Below are positions 46,224-60,548 of a stretch of 64,000 bases of DNA, in pieces. Below the pieces are notes generated by a model. It ran no database searches, had not been told where the DNA came from, and was given only the letters and a program-made list of their open reading frames with translations. This stretch comes from the human T2T-CHM13v2.0 reference genome, Homo sapiens: NCBI RefSeq assembly GCF_009914755.1, contig NC_060937.1; one strand, 5' to 3'. Numbering within the stretch: position 1 is the stretch's first letter; the number at the start of each line of letters is the position of its first letter. A program made the position numbers and the translations under genes.

Positions 46224-47552
46224 CACTTTTGTTTTTTATAATAATGATAATCTCCAACATTAGCCAAAGTTATCTAAGACGTTCTTTTGATTACTTATGC
46301 TGTTTGGAGCTGCCTAAAATTCAGAGGTAGTTGTTTAGTTCTCCTTGAAAGTGTAGATGAGGGGTAAAAGGTCAACTCTAAATTGTCAACTCTTTTGCAT
46401 GCCTAAAACTTTAAAATGTCAAAAATGATTTAATATTATTTATGCATAACAAATTATTCATAGAATATAGAAATGTAACTCTAGTTTATTATTAAATAAG
46501 AGCTCTACGTTTTAAGGAAAAATACAGTTCATAAGTACCTACAACTGGGCTTTCACTTCTGAAACAGACTTCAAGTACCATGGTTTCACAAGTAAGTAAT
46601 ATGAACTTTCTTATCCAGTGATCCTTCTAATCACTCTCAAGCCATTGTCCAAATATGTTTCTCCAAAATGCAGGGTTTACTAACAGCCTTTTGAGAGCTG
46701 CCTATTGTAATTAGGAAGACATGTTAATGGCCTGGGTGAAATCTCAATGGGCTCATTGTAAATGTTCATTTGATGGCTTTGTTCTCACAGACTTTGTACT
46801 AGTCAATTAAATCTTTAATGACCTGACTTACATTTTTCTCTTCCCTTTTGAAATAACTTGCTGATTTCTTTTTTTGCTTTGTTTTCTTTGCTTCTGGCAA
46901 TCTTTTGGTTGCATTATTCCTTTTGGCCTAAATAGTCTTTGGCCTTTAGCAGACCTTGTGAGTTTCTGGTCTTTTTCCTTCCTAGGAATGAGGGAGCCTG
47001 GGTGTAGCTCCTTAAATAAAATCACCTGACATGTTTCCTCAAAGGGGCATAAAACAATTTCATTTGAAATTGTATGTCAAATATCGATTTATCTATCTAT
47101 GTATTCTATCTTGCAGATTAAATTTGCATTATGTTAAGGACTAAATTTACAAAACAAATCTTACCAAAATGTAAAATTAACAGAACTTTTAAATTTTACT
47201 TTCTGGATGTTTCCAAATCCTAAATTTATATATTGGTTTGAGATGTTATTTTAACATGTTGTGTGTGTGTGTGTCAGTATATGATAATTACTTGAAATCC
47301 GCTTTCAAAAAATGTTTTACAATTGAAAATATAAATAAATTGCAGAAGGCCTATAATTATCATCATAATACATAACATACTTAATGGCTATCAACTGGAT
47401 TGCATGTCATTTTATGCATACACATATATAAAATATTTGTTTTGTTTTCCTTAACAGCATAAATGTATATATGTATGCATATTATAAACATATATGATAC
47501 AATATATAAAATCTATAATATGTAATATAGTATAATATATAATATATATTAG

Positions 47553-48355
<803 letters not shown>

Positions 48356-49655
48356 TTAGTAGTGAAAATTTTTTAAAATATTGAGGTAAGTGGACCATTT
48401 GTCTGATCTGTTATGCATTATTAGAGAGTTTCCATATTTAATGTGAAAAAAACAAAATCTTGTCCTGGCACAAACAATACAATATGTCTCTATTTTTTTG
48501 AGATAAGTTCAATGTAAAACATAAATTCAGGGAGTTGTTTCAGGAGTTATATAAATGCTATGTGAAAAAAAGTCCCTAATTAAGAATGTAGGTAATATAT
48601 CAGTAAAAGCTAAATTAGCCATTGTGAGATTTGCAGCATCATTTACAGCAGGCTTTTCTAAAACATGTTCAACGAGAAAAGAAATTCTGGGGTGAAATAT
48701 TTGTGGAAAACACTGTGAACTATATCCCTTCTTGGGTCACGGCCTTGACTATTAGCCTGTTAGAAGCCTATTAAAAGCTCTGAGAAGCTTAGGTTCCTAT
48801 GTGAGAGAAACACTTATTAAAAATCTCTGAAAGCAGTTTTCCATGGAACAAGTTTTTTTAATGCCACATTTTAAAATTCTGTATAAAATCTCTACCATAT
48901 GTGATTATTTCCCCATTAAAAAATAATGTTTAAATTGTATGCAATGTAAAATTTCAGGATAGATCTTTATTATCTATCACATTTGAAAAGAGGGTTTTTT
49001 TTACATTTCATATTTGTTTTATTTAAAGAAGATTAAATGAGTACAGTGTACCTTGCTATGCACCAGCAAGGTAACATGAATAATTTACAATTCCTTTAAG
49101 AAGCTCAATGTCATTAAGAAGATGAAACAAAGTACTACTAAGGTAAGCAGTATATTGGCCATGTGTTGTTAGAAGCTAGTTGACTATTGTTTTTCATTCA
49201 GAGTCTGACATATTTTACCTTGATCATACTCCAGTTTGATAGATTACTTTCAATTTTCTCATCAGAAATATGAACTGAAGCAAAGATAGTACTAGCAAAT
49301 GTGAAACTATCTTGATACACATGATAAATCATACTTCAGAGTGATAAATCATACTCAGAATAAACAAGCTCAGAAACAGTGCAGAAAAGACTAATGTCTT
49401 TGTTTAAAGCTAATATATGGCTAGACCTCAAGTTATTATGGGATAATCTTGTAATTACTTTGCCATGGGTTAAATAAGCTAAAATTCTGATAAAATAATT
49501 TCAAGGACTGATTTCTTATTCTTGTCCTAATTCTATTCCTGTATTTTGAATAATTTTTCTAAAACCAAGTATTATTCTACAAAGATCTCTTATTTTTAAC
49601 AACAGTATGCGTTTTTAGGCTTTGATTTCCTTATCATTTAAAAATAATGAGTGTC

Positions 49656-49906
49656 CGCATGTTCTCACTCATAGGTGGGAATTGAACAATGAGAACACAT
49701 GGACACAGGAAGGGGAACATCGCACACCAGGGACTGTTGTGGGGTGGGGGGAGGGGGGAGGGATAGCATTAGGAGATATACCTAATGCTAAATGACGAGT
49801 AAATGGGTGTAGCACACCAACATGGCACATGTATACATATGTAACAAACCTGCACATTGCGCACATGTACCTTAAAACATAAAGTATAATAATAATAAAA
49901 AAATAA
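49656..49906 (+). mobile_element. Short L1PA4/5-like 3' end
   Basis: L1 3'UTR with CTAAATGACGAG; TSD AATGAGTGTC at 49646-49655 and 49907-49916. Confidence 0.95.
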
Positions 49907-51072
49907 AATGAGTGTCACTATTTTGTATAAGTGTACAATCAACTATATTGTAAAGATCATTTTGTGTTTTTGATCCTGCTGCAGATAGATTTCCCCCTTA
50001 AATGATCAAGTATTTTAAACTATTAGTTAAGTCAGCCTGTTATGCTTCTATTCATCAAACATTAATTGTCTCTATGCTCCAGAAATTGAGCTAGAAATTG
50101 TACTTTTTTATGAAGGTGAGAAGAACAGTTACTTCAATCATTTCTCTTGATATTTCCAATGGATTTAAGAAGACTGATACATGGCAGCAGTAATCCAGTG
50201 TCAATTTAAATATGTGTATTTGTATTTAGGTGCATAGGTGTGTTACAGAGCTCCAATTCTGCATATCATGCTACACATTTTTCTCAATGGTTTACAAATA
50301 TTAGTGTCAGCTCTAAACAGATTCAAGAAATTTATAAATCAGCTAGGGAAATGAAGTCCACAGGCAACACCACTGGATTCCAAAATCAATTTGAATATGA
50401 TTTTGTTACGGGATTTCTTTCCAATTTAGGACAAAATCCTAAGAAATTACATTCAGCAATTTTACAGTCAGATAGTATATGTTCCGTTATCTTTTCCTGG
50501 CTACATTAACTATGTTGGCCAAATTAAAACCTCTCTGAGACTAAATTGTTTATTAGTGAAATGGAGGTAAATACATTTCTTACCTAACACCAGCATATAA
50601 CTTTGGTTACTACATTCTCTGTAGTTCCATAATTTATCCAGCAGCCATTTCTATTATGTGCAAGGCTTCCTATTATATGCAATACCTATTATATGCAAAG
50701 CTTCAGTGCTAGGTAGTGGGGATGGAAAGTGGAGAAAATAGCTCTTTTTTGTTCTTACGGAGTCTCTGGGAATGGATCACTATTAAATTAGCCATGCTAT
50801 GAAGGAGCTGAAACCCTTCCTTAAAAAAACAGCCCTAAATCTCAGCTCTTATGGTTCTTCCTTCCTCTCTTCCGAGTCAGGAGGGCTCTTTCTTCCCTGA
50901 TATCTCTATATTATGCACATGTGTCTTAGAGATCACATCATACTACAGTTATAGATGTAAATGCCTATGTCTCCCAATGAACTGTGAATTTCACTGAGAT
51001 CAGAAACACAAAGCTATACTCTAAGCTAAACAACATTTTAGATGCTTTCACATTTTATTTCATGTATTCTTT

Positions 51073-51759
51073 ATTTTTAATTATACTTTAAGTTTTAGGG
51101 TACATGTGCACAATGTGCACGTTAGTTACATATGTATAAATGTCCCATGCTGGTGCGCTGCACCCACTAATTCGTCATCTAGCATTAGGTATATCTCCCA
51201 GTGCTATCCCTCCCCCCTCCCCCCACCCCACAACAGTCCCCAGAGTGTGATGTTCCCCTTCCTGTGTCCATGTGTTCCCATTGTTCAATTCCCACCTATG
51301 AGTGAGAATATGCGGTGTTTGGTTTTTTGTTCTTGCGATAGTTTACTGAGAATGATGATTTCCAATTTCATCCATGTCCCTACAAAGGACATGAACTCAT
51401 CATTTTTTATGGCTGCATAGTATTCCATGGTGTATATGTGCCACATTTTCTTAATCCAGTCTATCATTGTTGGACATTTGGGTTGGTTCCAAGTCTTTGC
51501 TATTGTGAAGAGTGCTGCAATAAACATACGTGTGCATGTGTCCTTATAGCAGCATGATTTATAGTCCTTTGGGTATATACCCAGTAATGGGATGGCTGGG
51601 TCAAATGGTATTTCTAGTTCTAGATCCCTGAGGAATCGCCACACTGACTTCCACAATGGTTGAACTAGTTTACAGTCCCACCAACAGTGTAAAAGTGTTC
51701 CTATTTCTCCACATCCTCTCCAGCACCTGTTGTTTCCTGACTTTTTAATGATTGCCATT
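51073..51759 (-). mobile_element. 5'-truncated L1 (L1PA3-like) inserted in a MIR
   Basis: ORF 51285-51758 is the ORF2 C-terminus; TSD TTTATTTCAT(G/T)TATTCTTT at 51054-51072 and 51786-51804. Confidence 0.96.
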
Positions 51760-52224
51760 TAATGAATGCCATTTAATGATTGCCATTTATTTCATTTATT
51801 CTTTACAACAATATAGAAAAGTATTATGTTCCCCACACAAAGATAAGGCAACTGAGGTTTGGATAAGCTGAATAATACCTCTGAGGTTAGTTAGGAAATG
51901 ACCAAGCTAGGCTGTCAGAGCAGGTTTACTCTTATGCACCTGGCCTAAGAGCCAAATGGTGATATCATAGTCCTAAAGTGTCCTAAAATCACCCTAAAGT
52001 GAAAGTTGACCTTGTTTTTCTCTCAAGTCAACTGTACAACTTGCTGGCTTCAGCAGCAAGAGGGAAAGAGGACATGGCATGGCCAACAGCTGTAGCTTTT
52101 GAAAGCAGTTGGGAGAGAACAAAACAAATGCACAAACTGAGCTAAATCTGGAGCATTTTTAAAATCATTACTATCATTAGACACATTGATTTGGCAGAGG
52201 CAGAGGCAATAGAGGGCAGTGATG

Positions 52225-52450
52225 AATTGTCTCAGCTATGGAGTCAGACAGGCTAGGTTCTAGTCCTGCTCCATCTCTCATCAGCTGGGTAAGTTTTCTT
52301 GGGTAATTTTTTTTAATGTCTAGGTACCTTGGTTTCCTCATCTGTGAAAAGGGATTAGTCATTGACCCTATCTCAAAGTGTGGCAGTGAGAAGTAAAGGA
52401 AAAATTGTACACAAGCTGTTTCTGGCATATGGGAAGCTTTCAGTAATAAT
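52225..52450 (+). mobile_element. MIR SINE
   Basis: GGAGTCAGACAGGCTAGGTTCTAGTCC...GGTTTCCTCATCTGTGAAAAGGG. Confidence 0.8.
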
Positions 52451-52732
52451 ATCATTCTTAACGCATAAAGAACAGGTCACAGATTTATACCAGCATGACA
52501 ACGCGGTGAACACTATCACTAAACAAGAGTATAGCCTGACTGATGAACTCTCAAACTGCACCATATCCACACTTATTAATTCATCTATTACATTAATTTC
52601 ACAAGCATGTATTGAATACCTACTGTGTGCTAGAAATCATGATAGATCTTATGAATACAAAGTTGAGTAGGAAACAATTGCCTTAAGAACATGACAGCTT
52701 TTAGGATGTACAAAAATGTAAATGCATACTTA

Positions 52733-53125
<393 letters not shown>

Positions 53126-53378
53126 CTGGTAACATTTACTGATATTTCTATATCTGGCAATTTTCCCGAAACTTCACATAAAGTATCTTGCACGGCTGTC
53201 ACAGCATCCTCATGAGGAAGATTTTATTATTGTACCTATTTTATAGGTAAGAAAATTATGTTTAGAAAAAGTTTAAGATTTGCCCCAAACAGACAACTAG
53301 GAGGTGGTACAGCCAGAAGTCTGCCTCTTGAGCTTTATCAGCCGATAGCTAAGTATAAAGAAAGGCAGATACACCCAT

Positions 53379-53771
53379 TGACGTAATTTGGATATTTGTC
53401 CCCACCCAAATCTCACGTTGAATTGCAATCTGCAATGCTGGAGGGCCAGCCTGGTGGGAGGTGTTTGGATCACGGGGGCAGATCTCTCCTGGCTTGCTGC
53501 TCTCTTTATGATAGTGAGTGAGTTCTCGCAAGATCTGCTTGTTTAAAAGCGTGTGGCACCTTCCCCGCAACTCTTTCTCTTGCTCCTGCATTCGTCATGT
53601 AAAGTGCCTGCTCCAGCTTCTGCCTAATTGTAAGCTTCCTGAGGCCTCCCCACAAGCTAATGCTGGAGCTATGCTTCCTCTACACCCTGCAAAACAGTGA
53701 GCCAATTAAACCCTTTTTCTTTACCCAGCCTCAGGTATTTCTTTGTAGCAATGCAAGAACGGCCTAATACA
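53379..53771 (+). mobile_element. MSTB-like solo LTR (ERVL-MaLR)
   Basis: TG..TTTGGATATTTGTCCCCACCCAAATCTCA...GTGAGCCAATTAAACC...GCAAGAACGGCCTAATACA; TSD (C/T)CCAT. Confidence 0.9.
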
Positions 53772-54279
53772 TCCATCAATGCCTTTAAGAACAGAAATTT
53801 AATTTTATGTAAATTATAGGAAAGGAAGAAAGTGGCAGTTATTGAAACTTGAGGGGAAAAAAGCTTTCAAAGGCTCCCTGATGTATGTTTATGGAATTTA
53901 TATGTTTAACAAAAGGGAAACATATTTTTACAACATACTCCCAGAAATGTTCTTCCTTTGCCTTTGTGACATTGTTTTTACTTTCTATCTTGTTCAAATT
54001 CTCTGCTGATTCATTTGCTGATGAATTAAAAATATAATTTAATAAGATAGATTCAAATTGCACATTTTACTTTTTAAATAATTGACTCCAAATCCTGCGA
54101 TGAGGGAGACCTGGGTAAATGAAATAACGTGTGAAAACACCCAGGACTTCTGGGGTGACTGTTTAACAGGAGTGAACAGAGAGACTGGGCTGCCAAAACT
54201 CCCCTGCAAACTGAGGCTGCATGAATGGAATGACAGGATTCAGAACAAAGGAAACATCTGTCTTCCTCCATCCCTTGGT

Positions 54280-54750
54280 GTAAAGGAATGTATTTGGAGC
54301 ATCATGCTTAAATCTGGTCACCATGTTTTAAGAAGGAATTTAATTAGAGTGTGCCCAGAGGAGGAAATCCAGAAGAGTGGAACATCTAATGTGACACTGT
54401 GTGAGGAGTGGTTAAAGCAACTGGGAATATTGAACTTGAACTGAATTCTTAAAGGGGGTATGATCACTGAATTCAAATTTTAAAGACCTGTATGTGGAAC
54501 TGGAATTGGAAAAGATATGACTCTTGATGGCAGAACTAAAGTCAATGGCTGGCAGTCTGTTGAAAGCAGGTTTCAGGCTAGGATTAAAACAGGAGTTGTT
54601 TTTTTTCTGTTTTTTTGTTTGTTTGTTTTTGTATTTGTTTGTTTGAGTAAACTGCCTATGTTTAGAAGGGCCTAAGCACAAATTTTCAGTGTGGACAGGA
54701 GATGGAGACCATAAACCTTAGGGTCTCTCCCTATTCAAAGGCCCCATGAC
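54280..54750 (+). mobile_element. L3/CR1 LINE relic
   Basis: TCTGGTCACCATGTTTTAAGAAGGA...GTGCCCAGAGGAGG...GAGGAGTGGTTAAAGCAACTGGG CR1 3' motifs. Confidence 0.65.
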
Positions 54751-56515
54751 TCAGTTTTCATGCTGAACCCTCTTTCTTCCCTCCCCACTCATTCATCAGG
54801 TCAGTAAGGGCTCCCTCAATCACCTGTTGTTACTTGATGATTCCCTGAAAACAGCCTGTGGCTCTCAACATCAGTTCTCACTATCCAACTATCACCTCCA
54901 AAACCTATATGTATTAACCATAAACTATCAGATTTTTCCCAGGATCAATTATTTTTATTAAAAAAGTATTACTATTTAACTATTTAACTCTTCTTAACCT
55001 TACCTTCTCTACAGTCAATAGTCAAGTTCTGCTGCTTCTTTCTTTTATAGGTCGAGATTTATGAGAAGCTAATTATTTCATATTTTGAATATTTTGGCTG
55101 AATTACTGTAGAGAGATGAAATATTTTTGCAGCTTTATGCTTTTCTCATGCATAAATTTCACTGACCTTTCATTTTTCTGCTATGCATTATGTTGATCTA
55201 AATAAGGGATGGATGTGTTTACACCTGCATTCTTATAAAATTAATTCTAATATCCTAGTTTGTGGTTTCCTCTCAGGCCATTTTAATCCTGCCAAAGTTT
55301 GCTCAGAACCAGAAAAGGCTACCTCTGATATCACCTTCATGACTACATGTGGAAAGGCATTATCACATCTTTAAGTCATTTTCTTTCCATATGTCCTTTA
55401 AGGAGTATCCAGTTCAGATCCTATACATTATCTGAGTCACACTTATGATGATATTGCTTCCAAATCGGATCCAGTGGCTTTCAAACATTCCTGTATTTCC
55501 ATGTGCCTTACAATGCTTACAGTGAGTAGGGTGAAGGAGATTCTCCTCCTATTCCTCCACTTGAAATGCTCTTCACTGCTCACACTCCCTTGGAGCCAAA
55601 CCATTCTAGCTGACAAAAGTGCGTTGATTCCTGGCTTGCCAAGCACTCGTTCTGTAGTCTGCCTTTTAAACTAAGTTTGACACTGAATTTTCATACATTA
55701 AGCTGAGATCTCTACACAGTTGGATGAGTTAATTAATACTTTGAAGTTTCCCATTGAATCCCTTCTTTTACCCCTCTTGTCTCCACCTTCTTCTAAAACC
55801 TCAGTTCTAAAACCTCAGGAAACATATTTTTACTTATTGAATAGATACAAACAACTCAATATCCCCTTTTCATTTCATGCTTGGAACCCTGAACTTGGAC
55901 AGTCTCTGCTGTAAATGTTAAAGTACGCTTCCTGGTCTTAAGCCATTTGGAAAACAAAATTGCATTTTTAAAAGTTAGTATGGAATGTTTATCTTCATAC
56001 AAATGTACTCTTATTACTTTGTTCTCTATCTCCAAGACATACTTTTTTTTTTTTTTTTTCTGAATGTACTTTACAATTGCTACTGCGGTTTTGTTGTTGT
56101 GGTTGTGTTGTTGTTATTGCAGAAACATTTGTTTGTGGCCCGTGGCAATCTCCTACATAATTTACTGCCCTTAGATTTAAAAACTCCTTGCAGTTAGCCA
56201 ATCTCAATCTTCCCTTACACTTATATGTGTGATCCTTTCACTATTTGTAGTTTGCCTTCCCTTCTTAATTTCCGTATTTCAGCTCCCACCCAACTAAACA
56301 CTTTACCTTTTACTCAGGTTCTCCACTTTTTCACAGTTTTTGCTTGCGTTCAACACTGACATTGGGCACAATTTTTCTGTGCCTTAGAAAAAAAGTCCTG
56401 TCTTTGCTCAATTTTAAGTTTCTGATGTTTAATATAGGAATGATTAAAATTATGGTTATTTCTCACAGGTGTTGAAAGTACCCAATGAGACAACGTATTG
56501 GAAAAGAGTTTTAAC

Positions 56516-56813
<298 letters not shown>

Positions 56814-58034
56814 CTAGGCAATGATGATTACTACTCTGTAACCATTTTACATGGGCCCCCAACTGACTTCATAATCTTTTTGTAGTGCCTTTACTGATAA
56901 AAATCTGAGCTCTTGAAAAATGGAGACCAAGTTTTTATTCATCTTTATATTCTTAGCATTTAGTATATTGCTGATGGCATTTTAGATGCTTATTTATTGA
57001 ATTGGATAATATATGCTAAGTGTTTTATCAGTTGCACAAACTGGAACATAGGAGAAATGTCAAATACTTATCAAATTTATAGTGGATTTGCATCACTTTT
57101 TACTGTTGATAACACTAAAAATTTCTTCTTGTGCCAGGAGAAAACTAATTAGTATTGTCTATGCTAATATTATTATATGGTTATCATATGAAAAATTTCA
57201 TTTTGTTTCTGTGTTTTTTGAAACCAGAGATGCCTCTGCAAAAAAAGAATGTTCATTTTTAATTTAATAAATCTTTAACATACTAATCATTTAAAGGTAA
57301 AACAGGGTGCTATATGACAGAGTATCTACTTGTAGCAGAGGCTGTATTACATAAACCTTAAGAGATTTAAAAATCAACATTCCATTGAAGAAACAGCCTG
57401 AGTATAATTTACAGATTTTTTTAATCTGATCTACATTTTGGATCTATACAAAATATTACTTCAGTTTGCTCCCACCCCTACATATAAATACTCTGTCTCC
57501 TTTCTAACTCCAGGGGCTATTTAAATTTATCCACATCTATCCTTCCCTTACTAATAACATTACATATTTGAATTGTGTTTTGAGAGCTTGATGTTTGGTC
57601 AAATCACTTAAAAATGTATCAGCAACTCTCACTAAATGACAGAATCAAAGATGTGCCAGCTTACTAGATCACATTAGATCCATCCTCAGGATCTCTTCTT
57701 TGCACTGCTTCATTTGGTGCACAATCTCATTTTGAGTCAGATGTCACTGCTATACGCCTCTAAAAGCTCTATTCTTTGACGTTAATTGTTTATTTAATTG
57801 CATGTTGCTGTTGCCTGCATTGCCTGTAATCATTATGTGGACAACTAATACAAGTTTTATTAATTATCAAACCCACACTGCCTAGCTTAGTATAGTCTGT
57901 TGAATGAATAAATGAACCAAACACTGTTTTGTTATTGTTTTGTTTTATGTTTTGCATTATTGCTTAGTTGGTGATAAAAATTGTAAGGAAAGGCTAAGTT
58001 ACACTTCTGTGCAATGGTTTTATAAGAAAATCTT

Positions 58035-59899
58035 CTCTCCCTCTCCCTCTCCCTCCTCTCCCTCTCCCCACGGTCTCCCTCTCCCTCTCTTTCCACGGTC
58101 TCCCTCTGATGCCGAGCCGAAGCTGGACTGTACTGCCGCCATCTCGGCTCACTGCAACCTCCCTGCCTGATTCTCCTGCCTCAGCCTGCCGAGTGCCTGC
58201 GATTGCAGGCGCGTGCCGCCACGCCTGACTGGTTTTCGTATTTTTTGGTGGAGACGGGGTTTCGCTGTGTTGGCAGGGCTGGCTTCCAGCTCCTTACCGC
58301 GAGTGATCCGCCAGCCTCGGCCTCCGGAGGTGCCAGGATTGCAGACGGTGTCTGGTTCACTCAGTGCTCAATGGTGCCCAGGCTGGAGTGCAGTGGCGTG
58401 ATCTCGGCTCGCTACAACCTCCACCTCCCAGCCGCCTGCCTTGGCCTCCCAAAGTGCCCAGAGTGCAGCCTCTGCCCGGCCGCCACCCCGTCTAGGAAGT
58501 GAGGAGCGTCTCTGCCTGGCCGCCCATCGTTTGGGATGTTAGGAGCCCCTCTGCCTGGCTGCCCAGTCTGGAAAGTGAGGAGCGTCTCTGCCCGGCTGCC
58601 ATCCCATCTAGGAAGTGAGGAGCGCCTCTTCCCGGCCGCCATCCCATCTAGGAAGTGAGGAGCGTCTCTGCCCGGCCGGCCATCGTCTGAGATGTGGGGA
58701 GTGCCTTTGCCCCGCCGCCCCGTCTGGGATGTGAGGAGCGCCTCTGCCCGGTCGCGACCCCGTCTGGGAGGTGAGGAGCGTCTCTGCCCAGCCGCCCCAT
58801 CTGAGAAGGGAGGAGCCCCTCCGCTTGGCAACCGCCCCGTCTGAGAAGTGAGGAGACCCTCCGCCCGGCAGCCGCCCCGTCTGGGAAGTGAGGAGCGTCT
58901 CCGCCCGGCAGCCGCCCCGTCCAGGAGGGAGGTGGGGGTCACCCCCCGCCCGGCCAGCCGCCCCGTCCGGGAGGGAGGTGGGGGGTCAGCCCCCCGCCCG
59001 GCCAGCCGCCCCGTCCGGGAGGGAGGTGGGGGGTCAGCCCCCCGCCCGGCCAGCCGCCCCGACCGGGAGGGAGGTGGGGGGGTCAGCCCCCTGCCCGGCC
59101 AGCCGCCTCGTCCGGGAGGTGAGGGGCGCCTCTGCCCGGCCGCCCCTACTGGGAAGTGAGGAGCCCCTCTGCCCGGCCAGCCGCCCCGTCCGGGAGGGAG
59201 GTGGGGGGTCAGTCCCCCGCCCGGCCAGCCGCCCCGTCCGGGAGGGAGGTGGGGGGGTCAGCCCCCCGCCCGGCCAGTCGCCCCGTCCGGGAGGTGAGGG
59301 GCGCCTCTGCCCGGCCACCCCTACTGGGAAGTGAGGAGCCCCTCTGCCCGGCCACCACCCCGTCTGGGAGGTGTGCCCAACAGCTCATTGAGAACGGGCC
59401 ATGATGACAATGGTGGTTTTGTGGAATAGAAAGCGGGGAAAGGCAGGGAAAGGATTGAGAAATCGGATGGTTGCCATGTCTGTGTAGAAAGAAGTAGACA
59501 TGGGAGACTTTTCATTTTGTTCTGTACTAAGAAAAATTCTTCTGCCTTGGGATCCTGTTGATCTGTGACCTTACCCCCCAACCTTGTGCTCTCTGAAACA
59601 TGTGCTGTGTCCACTCAGGGTTGAATGGATTAAGGGCGGTGCAAGATGTGCTTTGTTAAACAGATGCTTGAAGGCAGCATGCTCGTTAAGAGTCATCACC
59701 ACTCCCTAATCTCAAGTACCCAGGGACACAAACACTGCGGAAGGCCGCAGGGTCCTCTGCCTAGGAAAACCAGAGACCTTTGTTCACTTGTTTATCTGCT
59801 GACCTTCCCTCCACTATTGTCCTATGACCCTGCCAAATCCCTCTCTGTGAGAAACACCCAAGAATGATCAATAAAAATAAAAATTAAAAAAAAAAAAAA
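58035..59899 (+). mobile_element. Full-length SVA retrotransposon (SVA_D-like)
   Basis: Short CCCTCT hexamers, antisense Alu-like domain, GC-rich VNTR (~58470-59370), SINE-R, AATAAA and poly(A); TSD AAGAAAATCTT at 58024-58034 and 59900-59910. Confidence 0.98.
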
Positions 59900-60548
59900 A
59901 AGAAAATCTTATAAAAACCATTTACTGTGAGAGATGCACTCACTTCTTCTTCTACCTAGTATACTTTCAGAGCTGAGCTCCCGGGAGGCAGTAGGATTAC
60001 TATGTGCTGATTCCACACAACCGCTCCCCTCAGTGAGTGACTGAGAGAAGACGTCTCCTTCCAAGAGCCATGAAGAGGTGCCAGCTGTAGATAGTATTTT
60101 AGATGCCAAGCTGCATGGGATTTCAGGAACACTTGTACACAATAGGATCTACATATACTTGTTTAGTTTAGAAAAGTAGATTTCCACAAAGACACGCAAA
60201 GAGTAGCGAAATAACTACTGCCCCGCTGACTTTCAGTGATGGGTCTCAAGTAGAAATTGTGTTTTTAAACAACCCGAACAGGAGGTGAAAGCATGGAAAC
60301 CGCATGCTGCAGGTAACTACTGAAACAAGCAATTATCCTGTGCTATCATACAAAGGCATCCACAAATACCAGCATAGCTGTTCCTAGTTGTCAGTTCATA
60401 AAAATTTTTCCTAGTAAATTATTCACTCATTTTCTTCTTTATATAGAATAGAAAGCTCCTCGGATTATCTTAAAGTGTCACAGATGAAACATTTTAAGGT
60501 CTGTTCTGATCAACATTTAAAGTCAAATTAAAAAGAGGTTGCTCCAGT

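Noticed and set aside
58860-59350. Regular repeats resembling a CRISPR-like array
   Set aside because: They are contiguous VNTR units without unique spacers, in a eukaryotic retrotransposon.
58203-59867. Pro/Arg/Gly-rich ORFs
   Set aside because: They are read-throughs of the GC-rich SVA VNTR and SINE-R, not genes.
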